Source: Candidatus Calescibacterium sp.
Lineage (GTDB): Bacteria; DRYD01
DNA: 64,000 nt
Assembly (NCBI GenBank): GCA_025059235.1
Contig: JANXCV010000003.1
Location: 43,392-107,391, forward strand
Direction of reading: 5' to 3'
Part shown: positions 53,983-63,970 of the stretch, one piece after another
Position numbering within the stretch: position 1 is the stretch's first letter
Layout of the letters: each line of letters starts with the position of its first letter
Notes under the pieces: model-generated
Seen by the model: the letters and a program-made list of their open reading frames with translations, nothing else
Databases searched by the model: none
Told to the model about the DNA's origin: nothing
Translations under genes and position numbers: made by a program

Positions 53983-55599
53983 ATGACGGTTAGACCTGGT
54001 GCCACAAGACCTACAAGACCTACGACTGCCACCAGGGTTGCACAACCATCTTCAGGACAATCCTTTACAAACGTCTTTGATACTATAAAGGGATTAGATA
54101 CAAAACAAAAGATAATAATCGTTATTGTGCTTGTTGTTATTATTGGTATAGGGCTTGGAATATTCTTCTATACCAAGAGTAATGAATATGTACCTTTAAT
54201 TCCGGGTGCGAAGTTGGATGCAAACCAGTTGTCCAAAGTTAAGCAGTACCTTGAGCAGAGAGGAATAAGGGAATATAGGATAGATGATGCAATAGGCCAG
54301 GTGTATATTCATCCAAGGTATCACAACACAGTCTATGTTGATGTAATATCCGAAGGTTTTGTTAAGCCTGATGTTAAACCCAAATTAGAAAGTATTCCTC
54401 CTGGAACCACGAAAGAAGCTTGGATGAGCTATCAAAAAAGTCTACTTGAATATGCAATATCGAATATGATAAAAAGGAACTATCAGGGGAAAGTAAATGA
54501 GGTTAACACGTTTATTACATATCCCGAAAATAATCCTTTTAGTACTGAACAGGAAGTAACGAAGGCTACGGTAAGTATAAACACTTTTGCTGGTCAATCT
54601 TTGACCAATGAAGAAGCTAAAGGTGTTATAAGTGCCGTTGCTGGTGCTGTAAGAGGACTTGAACCACAGAATATATCCCTTATAATAAATGGGAGAGTAG
54701 TTAGGCCATACGAGGAGGAACCTGCAGAAAGCGCCTTCCTAATAAAAACCAAAATAGAAGAACAATACGCAAACAAGGTAAGGAACGCATTGGATCAAAT
54801 TTTAGGACCCAATAATTATACTTTTACCATAGATGTTCAGTTAAGGTGGGATAAAGTTGAGAAGTATGCTGAAACATATGGGAACATGGCAGACCCTAAC
54901 TCCAAAATTATTTCCCGTCAGACAACTGAAAAGTCCAAACAGTATGAAGGCGGTGCAATTGATAAGAATAAAGAATCGGCTGAGGAAAGACAGAGACAGA
55001 CGATTGAAAATAGAAAGGTAGATATGGTTATAACCAAAATTCAACAGAATCCCGGAGAAAGTATAGAAAGAATATCTGTTGCTGTGAATGTCTCGAATGC
55101 AAGCTCGACTACTATTTCTCAAATACAAGCATATGTAAAAAATGCAGTTGGTCTTAGAGAAGAGAGAGGAGATTCAATTGTCGTAACTAATATTCCTCAT
55201 GCCTATATAGCAACTGCTGTAAGTAACAGTAATCCAACACCTATGGTTATACCAACTGCTCCAGTTAAACAAGACTTTCCAGTCGGATTAGTGGTGTTAT
55301 CTTTGACGGCTACTATTGGTGTAGCTGCAACAGCCATACTGATCATATTTATGCTTAAGCAAAACAAAGCTAACCACGAAAGAGTATCTATATCGTTTGA
55401 TTCTAACCCGACTAACTCAATATCTATGGATTCTACGAATGTAGTTGATTTAACAACGGATAAGATGGGTAATAAAACAGAGGTAAATAAAGAAAGCAGA
55501 GAGATGAAGACTATTGTTAGTGAGATAGAGAATTTAGCTAAGAGTAATCCAAATGAAGTGGCAAATCTACTCAAACAAACTTGGTTCAATGAAAAATAA
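53983..55599 (+). CDS. fliF: FliF-like MS-ring protein (YscJ/FliF family)
   Basis: N-terminal TM followed by YVPL; AGAVRGLEPQNISLI; IERISVAVNV; VKNAVGLREERGDSIVV; second TM; tail NPNEVANLLKQTW resembling the FliG-binding end. Confidence 0.85.
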   Translation: MTVRPGATRPTRPTTATRVAQPSSGQSFTNVFDTIKGLDTKQKIIIVIVLVVIIGIGLGIFFYTKSNEYVPLIPGAKLDANQLSKVKQYLEQRGIREYRIDDAIGQVYIHPRYHNTVYVDVISEGFVKPDVKPKLESIPPGTTKEAWMSYQKSLLEYAISNMIKRNYQGKVNEVNTFITYPENNPFSTEQEVTKATVSINTFAGQSLTNEEAKGVISAVAGAVRGLEPQNISLIINGRVVRPYEEEPAESAFLIKTKIEEQYANKVRNALDQILGPNNYTFTIDVQLRWDKVEKYAETYGNMADPNSKIISRQTTEKSKQYEGGAIDKNKESAEERQRQTIENRKVDMVITKIQQNPGESIERISVAVNVSNASSTTISQIQAYVKNAVGLREERGDSIVVTNIPHAYIATAVSNSNPTPMVIPTAPVKQDFPVGLVVLSLTATIGVAATAILIIFMLKQNKANHERVSISFDSNPTNSISMDSTNVVDLTTDKMGNKTEVNKESREMKTIVSEIENLAKSNPNEVANLLKQTWFNEK

Positions 55600-55606
55600 A
55601 TAGTTA

Positions 55607-57430
55607 TTAGTCGAACAGATTTTCTATGATTTTTTCTATCTTTTCTTTAAGTTGCTTAGAAAAGGTTTCGTTTTCAAGTATCAATATACATAACTTACCT
55701 GCATTTTCGGCAGACCAGTTGTCTCTGATATAGTGAATATAGGAAGCTAATATTTCTTCTTTTTTATCATCCCATTCGATAAATTCATTTTTAGCAATAT
55801 ATTCCTGAAAGAGGCTTTTTAGCTGTAAAATATTGAAGAATTTGATTATTTTGGTAAGATTTTCAAACATAGTATTGTTTATGAAAACTGAGATGAGATT
55901 TTTTATTGTTATATTTGCATTTGTTTCGTCAATTTCATGATATATTTTCACGATTTCAAAGACTTTTTCGGGTGAGTGTTGTAAGTATTTATTGTTAAAT
56001 ACGTATTTTTCAATTATTTCATAAAATTTTTCTTTATTCTGTTCAAATAGTTTTTTTAGAGCTTTTTTGATGGATTTTTTATCGTTACTTTGAGTGTCTG
56101 ATAGGAATTTTTCTATATTTTCTTCTATTTGATCAATGTTATTTTGATCTTTTTCTGCGGTTTTTTTGATGTTTTCTAGAATTTCTATTTGTATGATTTC
56201 TTCTATATTTTGTTGTATTTCCTCTAAGGTTTCATAGATGTAGCTTTCTTCACGATTTATATTTTTCTGGTTTTGTTGTTCTACATGTGATTCTTCTTTA
56301 TCTGTAACTTTGGTTTCTGTAGCTTTAACATTAATTTCTATATTTTTTGTTGTTTGGTAATCTTGAGATTGTTCAGTTATTGTTTTTTGTTGGTAGTTTT
56401 GTTGTGTTCTTGATAAGTTTATTTCTGCTATTGCATCTTCTAGAGACAAATACTCATTTTCTATATCTGATAGGTCGGTTCTTTCTTCTGAATCTATTAT
56501 TGAAATCGATTTTAAGTACCTTGTTATTATTGTCAAATATATACCTTGATATTTTTGTGATATTTCTTCTAGTATTTCATCTATGAGTTTTTTATCTCTG
56601 GTTAATATCGAATATATGACTTTGTCAAAAATATTTTTAAGGTCTAGATTTAGAGTAGCTAAGGTTGCCGTGTTATTTTCAAGAGAGTATAGGAAATGCT
56701 GGACGAATATGTGGAATATGCTTGATAAGTTTGAGCTTGAGAATAATAGATCGTTTATTCTATCATAAATTCTTTTATCTTTGTAATATCTACTAAAAAT
56801 AATACTCAAGAAATAGTAGTTTAGGTTCTGCTGAATGAGGTTTTGTAGTATTTCTTCTATCTTATATCCTGTTGTATATAAGAGGTTTAAATATATGAGT
56901 TTTTCAAGAGGTTCTGAAGTATTCAATTTTTCTAACAATATTTGGATTATTTTTTGTTTGTAATTTTGATTATTTTTGAGAAGTAGGACTACATTGAAGA
57001 AATCAAGTTGTTTTAATGAATACAGGATATTTTCTTCTATTCCTATGGTTTCTATGAATGATTTTATTATAAGATATCTTTTATTTGATTGTATCGAAGG
57101 GTTACCTAAGACGTTAGTTAATATCCATGTTTTGTATTCATCTTCTTTTTTTAGTTCTTTAATTTTTCTTGTTATTGTTAGTGTTTTTAGTTCATCTAGT
57201 TCTTCATTTAGGGTAATATTAACTAATTGGTTATAGGCCTCATTTTCATCTATTTTTGTTCCTATTAGGAAGCTGAGTGATTCAAGTCTGTACTTTAATT
57301 CTATTTCAGGATTGTTAAAGATATTTGTGAATATTTGGATTGCTTTATCTTTATCTTCTGGAGTATCTGAATAGAATAATATTTTTGCTTTTGCTATTTC
57401 TAATTTAGGGTTAAAATTTTTGTCTGTCAT
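55607..57430 (-). CDS. Hypothetical helical-repeat protein
   Basis: ORF of about 607 aa. ATG at 57430 overlaps the pheS stop (ATGA). Confidence 0.65.
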   Translation of the reverse strand: MTDKNFNPKLEIAKAKILFYSDTPEDKDKAIQIFTNIFNNPEIELKYRLESLSFLIGTKIDENEAYNQLVNITLNEELDELKTLTITRKIKELKKEDEYKTWILTNVLGNPSIQSNKRYLIIKSFIETIGIEENILYSLKQLDFFNVVLLLKNNQNYKQKIIQILLEKLNTSEPLEKLIYLNLLYTTGYKIEEILQNLIQQNLNYYFLSIIFSRYYKDKRIYDRINDLLFSSSNLSSIFHIFVQHFLYSLENNTATLATLNLDLKNIFDKVIYSILTRDKKLIDEILEEISQKYQGIYLTIITRYLKSISIIDSEERTDLSDIENEYLSLEDAIAEINLSRTQQNYQQKTITEQSQDYQTTKNIEINVKATETKVTDKEESHVEQQNQKNINREESYIYETLEEIQQNIEEIIQIEILENIKKTAEKDQNNIDQIEENIEKFLSDTQSNDKKSIKKALKKLFEQNKEKFYEIIEKYVFNNKYLQHSPEKVFEIVKIYHEIDETNANITIKNLISVFINNTMFENLTKIIKFFNILQLKSLFQEYIAKNEFIEWDDKKEEILASYIHYIRDNWSAENAGKLCILILENETFSKQLKEKIEKIIENLFD

Positions 57431-58512
57431 ACTTCCCCCCATAGTTTGTTGAATTCTATGTAATTTTGGTAAAACATTCTTATATCAGGGATTTGGTATT
57501 TTAGCATAGCGATTCTTTCTATCCCCATTCCAAAAGCGAATCCGCTGAATTGGTCTGGGTCAATTCCTACGTTTTTCAATACTATTGGATTTATCATGCC
57601 ACACCCAAGTATTTCTATCCAACCGCTACCTTTGCATATTTTACAGTTTTCGTTTTTTTGAGAGCAATAAAAGCAGCTTATAGACATTTCTGCACTAGGT
57701 TCTGTGAAGGGGAAATAACTGGGAACAAAATTAACCTTTATATCTTCTCCAAAATACTTGTTTACAAAGATATATAAGGTCTTTATGAGATCTATAAAAG
57801 TTACTTGTTTATCTATGCAGAATCCTTCTAATTGGTGAAATTGAAAGGAGTGGGTTGCATCCATATTGTCTCTTCTGTAACATTTACCGATTGATATTGC
57901 TTTAATTGGGGGAGGTTTTTGTTTCATTATCCTTATTTGCATATTAGATGTATGAGTTCTTAGGATACCTCCATTGAAGTAGAAGGTATCCCACATATCT
58001 CTTGCTGGATGATCTTTAGGAATGTTTAAAGCTTCAAAGTTGTGATACTCATCTTCTATTTCTATTCCATCAAATATTTCGAACCCCAATTCTGCAAAGA
58101 CACTCATTAGATCTTGCTGGACTATTGTTAAGATATGGAATCGCCCTGCATTATCTGGAGAAAAATTGATTGAAAGATCAACATTACAACTGTATTTTAG
58201 TTCCCTTTCTTTTTTTTCAACTGTTTGTGTGATTTCTTTTATTTCTTTTTCAATATTTTGTTTGAGTATGTTTATTTCTGTTCCTAGTTGTTTTCTGACT
58301 TGTGGATCTAGTTTTGGTAGTTCATTTAGTAGTTTGGATATAATTCCTTTCTTTGATAGAAATTCTAATTTTACTAGTTCGAGTTTTTTCTTTATTTGTA
58401 TTATTTTTTCTTTGAGTTCTTGATTATTTTCTTTTAGTAACTCTACTTCTTTTTTAATTTCTGTGATAAGGTTTTTATATTTGTCCAGTATTTCTTGATC
58501 TATTGCTTTCAT
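57427..58512 (-). CDS. pheS: Phenylalanine-tRNA ligase alpha subunit
   Basis: NFEALNIPKDHPARDMWDTF, LRTHTS, FHQLEG, YFPFTEPS and GFAFGMGIER motifs. Confidence 0.98.
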   Translation of the reverse strand: MKAIDQEILDKYKNLITEIKKEVELLKENNQELKEKIIQIKKKLELVKLEFLSKKGIISKLLNELPKLDPQVRKQLGTEINILKQNIEKEIKEITQTVEKKERELKYSCNVDLSINFSPDNAGRFHILTIVQQDLMSVFAELGFEIFDGIEIEDEYHNFEALNIPKDHPARDMWDTFYFNGGILRTHTSNMQIRIMKQKPPPIKAISIGKCYRRDNMDATHSFQFHQLEGFCIDKQVTFIDLIKTLYIFVNKYFGEDIKVNFVPSYFPFTEPSAEMSISCFYCSQKNENCKICKGSGWIEILGCGMINPIVLKNVGIDPDQFSGFAFGMGIERIAMLKYQIPDIRMFYQNYIEFNKLWGEV

Positions 58513-58527
58513 GCTTTTAAGTATTTT

Positions 58528-59598
58528 CTATTTGAATTCCACTATTTCCTGCTTAAGTGGTCCGATTTCTTCTATGGATAATCTTACTCTGGACGATGAT
58601 ATGTTTTGGTTATACTGTATATCGTATTTGGGGAAGTATATGAAACCACTGATTGTTCCTCCTGGTGGTACCGCAGTATCCAATGAAGCATCGTACTTTA
58701 TAGCCTTGTATCTTCTTCCATTATCTGCTAGTAAGTATACCTTATATGAAAATGGAGACAGTGCCAGAGGTTGATTATAAGCGTTAAAAACTGTTACTTC
58801 AAATATATGAAAGTCGGTTATATTTGTTGAAGAAATCAGATTTCTGTAGTAATTTTCTAGGTAATTTTTGTCATATATTGCTTCTTTGTAGGCGTGTAGT
58901 ATTGTTCTTGCTGCTGCTAACTTTTCGTTAAGATATATCACTTGGATAAACGAGTCTGGAACGTTTGTATTTATTTGAGGTCCTTTTATGTTTTGGTAAG
59001 TATTCCATAAGTTTCCAAGCAGATTAAATAAGTAAAAGGTAGAAGCTGCCGAAGCTACATTTGAGATATCAGAAATTTCAGAAAGCAGCCTGTAATTTTC
59101 ATACTGGCTATATAGCATAAATAGCTGTGCAGGATCTATGACTACTCTTGTCGGTCTATTTGAGTTGGGACCGAATTTTATAATTCTTGTATTTTCCGAA
59201 AGAACTTTCGTATAATACTTTAACCCATCGTTGATTTTATCGTATGGTAGATTGATTGTTGAGGGCTCTGGTTGGGATTGAGAATTGACCACTATTTCAG
59301 TTATATTAGGGGTAAAGACAGAATATAGAGTATCTCCGGGAGTTATTTGACCTTCAACTACTGATAGTAAGACATTTTTATTTTCGTCTATTTGTTCAAT
59401 TTTCACTCTTGCTACTTTTTGGTTTGATCTATATACATCCAGTATATCTCCCTTTTTTAATTGGACGTATACTTTTCCATAGAAATAATTATCTACTTGC
59501 TTGTAAACTACCCCCACTAAGTTGTACTCTTGACTTAGGGATGAGGAGATTATGATTATCAGGGTAAAGATAAGCGTTATGAGAAGAGATTTGAGCAT
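58528..59598 (-). CDS. Exported hypothetical protein
   Basis: Signal peptide; N-terminal beta-barrel-like region; C-terminal Ig-like region (FEVTVFN...VPPGGTISGFIYF). Confidence 0.65.
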   Translation of the reverse strand: MLKSLLITLIFTLIIIISSSLSQEYNLVGVVYKQVDNYFYGKVYVQLKKGDILDVYRSNQKVARVKIEQIDENKNVLLSVVEGQITPGDTLYSVFTPNITEIVVNSQSQPEPSTINLPYDKINDGLKYYTKVLSENTRIIKFGPNSNRPTRVVIDPAQLFMLYSQYENYRLLSEISDISNVASAASTFYLFNLLGNLWNTYQNIKGPQINTNVPDSFIQVIYLNEKLAAARTILHAYKEAIYDKNYLENYYRNLISSTNITDFHIFEVTVFNAYNQPLALSPFSYKVYLLADNGRRYKAIKYDASLDTAVPPGGTISGFIYFPKYDIQYNQNISSSRVRLSIEEIGPLKQEIVEFK

Positions 59599-59825
59599 AA
59601 TTTCTACCCCCTTCCTTAGGTATCAATCAATTTTTAACAAGAATTTTTAAATAAAAGTTAAGAAATATTAAAAAAAAGTTAAAAAACGATCTGATGCGTT
59701 GTTTTATCGGTATTGTCATTCTCAGAAAAATTGATATTTTAATTGACAGAAATCAATAGAAACGATGTTATTTTTTTTAGCTTTTTTAGAGAGGAAAAAA
59801 GGAGATATTGTAAAATAGGTCTATT

Positions 59826-59899
59826 TAGAGGGTAAAAAGTGGAGTAAATTTAGGAAGAAACAAAGGAAAAGTCCTAAATCCTCCACGTTTTACCCTCTA
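59826..59899 (+). promoter_or_regulatory. Long 5'-UTR stem-loop of the porin gene
   Basis: Arm TAGAGGGTAAAAAGTGGAGTAAATTTAGGA (59826-59855) pairs with TCCTAAATCCTCCACGTTTTACCCTCTA (59872-59899). A TAAAAT -10-like hexamer lies at 59811. Confidence 0.8.
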
Positions 59900-59927
59900 G
59901 AAAAAACAAACAAAAGGAGGTAAAACT

Positions 59928-62519
59928 ATGTGGAGGATAGTGTTGTTAGCCGCACTGCTAACAATGCTGTCAGTGGGTGTATCTAAGGCAGCACCGTTTC
60001 CAGATGTGCCTGGAACCCACTGGGCCAGCTCAGCAGTACAACAACTAAAAGCAAAGGGTATCTTGGAAGGATACCCAGATGGACTCTATAGAGGTAAGAG
60101 AGCCGCATCCAGGTACGAACTGGCAATGGTAGCCTCAAGAATAGTAGCAAAATTGGAACAAATGGAAGCATCGTTACCAGATTTCAACCAATTCGCAACA
60201 AAAGAAGAATTAGCAGCAGTAAAGAGAATGGTAGACCTTAACAGCCAAAAAATAGAAGAACTGGGAATAAGAGTAGACGCACTAGAAAAGAAAGTAGCCG
60301 AACTAGACAATAGATTAACAAAACTTGAAAGGATAACATTTACAGGTCATTATGAAGCAGTCTACGTAAATCAAGGCCTAGAAGCTGATCAAATAGGAAA
60401 TATCCAAACACAAAATGCTACATTCATTGGCCATCCAGGATTGAGTAAAATATTCTTCTTTGAGCCAACAATGGCATATACAACGGCAAAAGTTGGATGG
60501 AACTACCATGAAGTAAAACCATGGGATAACTACCTATGGAAAAAAGGATGGAACGCATTACCAATATCCACAACCGTGGGAATGAATGATGTAAGCTATC
60601 TCAATATTCACGGAAAAATAAGCAACAATTGGAAAATAAAGGCAGTAGTTAGCGGAGAAAATCTACTTGCTCAAAAAGGTGTTACAAACCCAACAGAATT
60701 GAACAAGATTCCTGGTAGTAATTTTTCATCTTTATATCATGCTGATGGTGAAGAAGGTAGCTGGATAAGACCATATACAAAAAAATCACACCTGAGATAT
60801 CATTCAATATTTACTGATTATAATGGCATTTATGTTATCAGAATAATACCAGAAAATGGTTTATATCTGGAAAGCCTGAGCTTACATAACGAAGATGGAA
60901 ATCTATCGTTCACACTAGGTGGGTTTAATCCTAAGTTAGTAGATGGCTCAGTATTTGCAGGACCAGAAGTTCCTTACCTCTGGCAAGGAGATAACTTCTT
61001 TGCAGTGGACGGATTCCATGTTCATCACAAACTATCCAACCCAATTTTTGGAGCAACCCTAGAATACGAAGTATACGGCGGAGCAACCTCCAAAATTGAT
61101 ACCATAGATGAAAGAAATGCGAATGGTTACATATACGGTATGACACAAAGGGTATTTGGAGTTACCGCAAAGTTTGGATTCCAAAAAGGACATTTCAGAT
61201 TAAGTTATAATGTAATAGAAGACTCACAAGAGGAATGGATAGATGTATTTTCTGTAGACGATGTATCCGGTATAACAGTTGCTCCATTTGGACTTTCTAC
61301 GCTTGGATGGGAATGGACTAATCAGGATGATCCAATATTAGAAGATCCAATGTTTGATGGAAAATATGGTGATGCAGGTGATCTCACAGTTATTGGACCT
61401 CAGTACCAATCAACAATAGGAGCAGATTTTAGATATAATATAAACGAAAGGTTCTCTTTCGAGGGCAGATTCGCTACAAGTAGATATCTACCCGTTAAAG
61501 AGTTAGGACTAGATACTAACGGTTCAATGTTTAGCGCAAAACTACACGGAACTTTCGGTAATGCAACTGAAGCTGAATTTGAAAAAGAAGGACTTAAACC
61601 CAGAAGCGGCCACTTCTGTGTAGAATATCTATCCGTAGACCCAGACTACTCACCGTTTATCGGCATACAAGGAAGGTACTTTGCTACACACAGCTCATTT
61701 AGTGGATTATATAGAGGAAACCTGTTTACCATTGGATACTATGATAACAGGTTCTGGGCTCAGTTACCATATCCAGTATACATGAGCATTTATGACTCAA
61801 ACCTCCTAACCTATACCGCACACAACGCTAAAATGTATCCTAACAACAGAGAAGGAATAAGAATTAATGTTCAATACAAATTCTCAGATGCCTTCCTAGG
61901 ATGGGCAAGATTTGAAAGCTTGGATCAAAAAGAAGCAGCACGAGATGTTGATGGATCCGGAGGATCAACCATCGGATGGGGATACTATGAACCTATATTC
62001 GGAACAACAACAAATGACCTAGGACTAGATAGAGACGATGTAGTAAAGAAGGGACAAATAAGAACGTTTAATGCAGGATTTAACTACAAATTCCAAGGAG
62101 GAAAATTTGACTTCACAGGACAATACTACAATACGGATGTAAAAAGAGACATACCAGCAAACGCAAACAATAGCTCAGATCATATTGATTACACAGTAAC
62201 ATCATTCGATGCAATGTTCAGATATATGTCTAGCGAAAAGTTAACATGGCATATAGCATATACCTCAGTCCAAAGTGATGGAAAGTATCTTGTAGCACAG
62301 AATGTAAACTCAGAAAATATGACATGGGAAGCTAATGCTTTAAGAATAGGAGTAGACTGGAAAGTAAACGAAGACGTTAATATGTTTGCAAACTACAGGT
62401 TCTTAAACTTCGACACAAAGACATATTCACAAAGTCAAGGATCACTTGTTATGGATAACGGAGATTGGAAAGGAACACAATTCTGGTTCGGTGCCAGAGT
62501 AAAATTCGGACAAAAGTAA
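59928..62519 (+). CDS. SLH-domain outer-membrane porin (OmpM-like)
   Basis: Signal peptide; SLH (FPDVPGTHWA...GILEGYPDG...SRYELA); coiled-coil stalk; amphipathic beta strands ending FWFGARVKF; AAGGAGGT RBS. Confidence 0.9.
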   Translation: MWRIVLLAALLTMLSVGVSKAAPFPDVPGTHWASSAVQQLKAKGILEGYPDGLYRGKRAASRYELAMVASRIVAKLEQMEASLPDFNQFATKEELAAVKRMVDLNSQKIEELGIRVDALEKKVAELDNRLTKLERITFTGHYEAVYVNQGLEADQIGNIQTQNATFIGHPGLSKIFFFEPTMAYTTAKVGWNYHEVKPWDNYLWKKGWNALPISTTVGMNDVSYLNIHGKISNNWKIKAVVSGENLLAQKGVTNPTELNKIPGSNFSSLYHADGEEGSWIRPYTKKSHLRYHSIFTDYNGIYVIRIIPENGLYLESLSLHNEDGNLSFTLGGFNPKLVDGSVFAGPEVPYLWQGDNFFAVDGFHVHHKLSNPIFGATLEYEVYGGATSKIDTIDERNANGYIYGMTQRVFGVTAKFGFQKGHFRLSYNVIEDSQEEWIDVFSVDDVSGITVAPFGLSTLGWEWTNQDDPILEDPMFDGKYGDAGDLTVIGPQYQSTIGADFRYNINERFSFEGRFATSRYLPVKELGLDTNGSMFSAKLHGTFGNATEAEFEKEGLKPRSGHFCVEYLSVDPDYSPFIGIQGRYFATHSSFSGLYRGNLFTIGYYDNRFWAQLPYPVYMSIYDSNLLTYTAHNAKMYPNNREGIRINVQYKFSDAFLGWARFESLDQKEAARDVDGSGGSTIGWGYYEPIFGTTTNDLGLDRDDVVKKGQIRTFNAGFNYKFQGGKFDFTGQYYNTDVKRDIPANANNSSDHIDYTVTSFDAMFRYMSSEKLTWHIAYTSVQSDGKYLVAQNVNSENMTWEANALRIGVDWKVNEDVNMFANYRFLNFDTKTYSQSQGSLVMDNGDWKGTQFWFGARVKFGQK

Positions 62520-62546
62520 GCAGCAAATAAAAGTAGCCATACGAAG

Positions 62547-62574
62547 AGGGAGGGTACACCTACCCTCCCTTTTT
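62547..62574 (+). terminator. Rho-independent terminator
   Basis: AGGGAGGGTA-CACC-TACCCTCCCT, a perfect 10-bp stem followed by a T tract. Confidence 0.92.
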
Positions 62575-62608
62575 ATTTTATATCACAACTTTTTATTTTA
62601 TATCACAA
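62569..62608 (+). repeat. Perfect 20-bp tandem duplication
   Basis: CTTTTTATTTTATATCACAA occurs twice in tandem. Confidence 0.9.
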
Positions 62609-63160
62609 AATGATTAATCGTAAATCATGACTCGAAATATGAATTGAAGCAAAAGAAAATACTTACATAAAATCATATATGATTTTTTCATTTTGTTCTT
62701 CTTGAGAAGGGAGTAACAATTAACTTCTTGGAAAGTATAGCAAAAACAGTGTTTAGATTTACCACTGAGCATAAATCTTTAAAGAAAAGGTAAAGTACCT
62801 AGCCATTGAGATTAGATATGGGGGTTTTAATATTTTTCATTAGAATACATGATACATGATGTATCAATAAGAACAATAATTAAAGGGAGTAGTATATTGC
62901 ATGCGACCCAAATCTGAAAGATGATTTTAATTACAAAATAACATCACTTGAGTGAAGATAAGAAAATATTAATAAGGAAATTAGAGCACTAAAGATAAAA
63001 GTGAACCGGAGAATCAATGAATACGTCCCATAAGCGATAGACTAAAATTCCTACAAAACTAGACAACAGAAGAATAGTTAAACTAATGTATAGAATCCCG
63101 TAAAGTTATTAAACTATCTGTTAATAACTCTGTTTTTACAGTAATTTAATAATATTGATT

Positions 63161-63970
63161 CTATTCGGTTTTTTCCTTTTCGATAATCTTATGAAGAACT
63201 ATATAATCCTCTATGGTGGTAATCTTAATATTTAGGGGGTTACCTTTAATGAAGCCAATTTTAAACATATAGAAATCTAGTAAAGAGATATCATCAGTGA
63301 ATTCCAAGTCTAAATTTTCCCTTCTCAGTTCTTCATGAGAATTGATAATAGCTTTTTTCTTAAATATTTGTGGCGTCTTTACAAGATATATTTTCTCTCT
63401 TGGTATATATGTAACTTTATTTTCGTAGTTTGCTGCTACTGAATCATTGGGAACTGAATATAATGTTAATCCGTCATAGTCTTCGATAGAATCTAATAGT
63501 ACTTTTACGTCATTATTTTTGATGTATGGTCTTGCAAGATCATGGATAATGATGTAATCAATATACTTGTCCTCGAGTATTTTTATACCATTAAATACAC
63601 TGTCTTGCCTTTTTGAACCACCTTCTACAAATTCTACATTTTTAAATCCGTATTCTTCCATTTTTTCTTCTATAATTTTTTTATGGTTTTCAAACGTTGA
63701 CGGATTTAAAACAAATACTACATTGCTTATTATATCCTTAAAGTTGCTAAAAATCTTCACAGAATATTCCCATACCATGTATTTATGGATTTTTAAGAAA
63801 ACCTTGTTAATTTTCATTTGTTCTTGAATTTGGGAATTTATATTTTTTATTATTTCTATTTCTGCTGACTTAATTTCTTTTTGTCTTGGCTCGTTTAAGA
63901 AGTTTATAATAGAATCTATGAATCTTTTTGATGTACCACCTGCTAACAACACCAAACCTATCATAGGCAT
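63161..63970 (-). CDS. ispD: 2-C-methyl-D-erythritol 4-phosphate cytidylyltransferase
   Basis: LAGGTSKRF, GGSKRQDSVFNG, IHDLARP, KTPQIF, TDD and NIKITT motifs. Confidence 0.9.
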   Translation of the reverse strand: MPMIGLVLLAGGTSKRFIDSIINFLNEPRQKEIKSAEIEIIKNINSQIQEQMKINKVFLKIHKYMVWEYSVKIFSNFKDIISNVVFVLNPSTFENHKKIIEEKMEEYGFKNVEFVEGGSKRQDSVFNGIKILEDKYIDYIIIHDLARPYIKNNDVKVLLDSIEDYDGLTLYSVPNDSVAANYENKVTYIPREKIYLVKTPQIFKKKAIINSHEELRRENLDLEFTDDISLLDFYMFKIGFIKGNPLNIKITTIEDYIVLHKIIEKEKTE

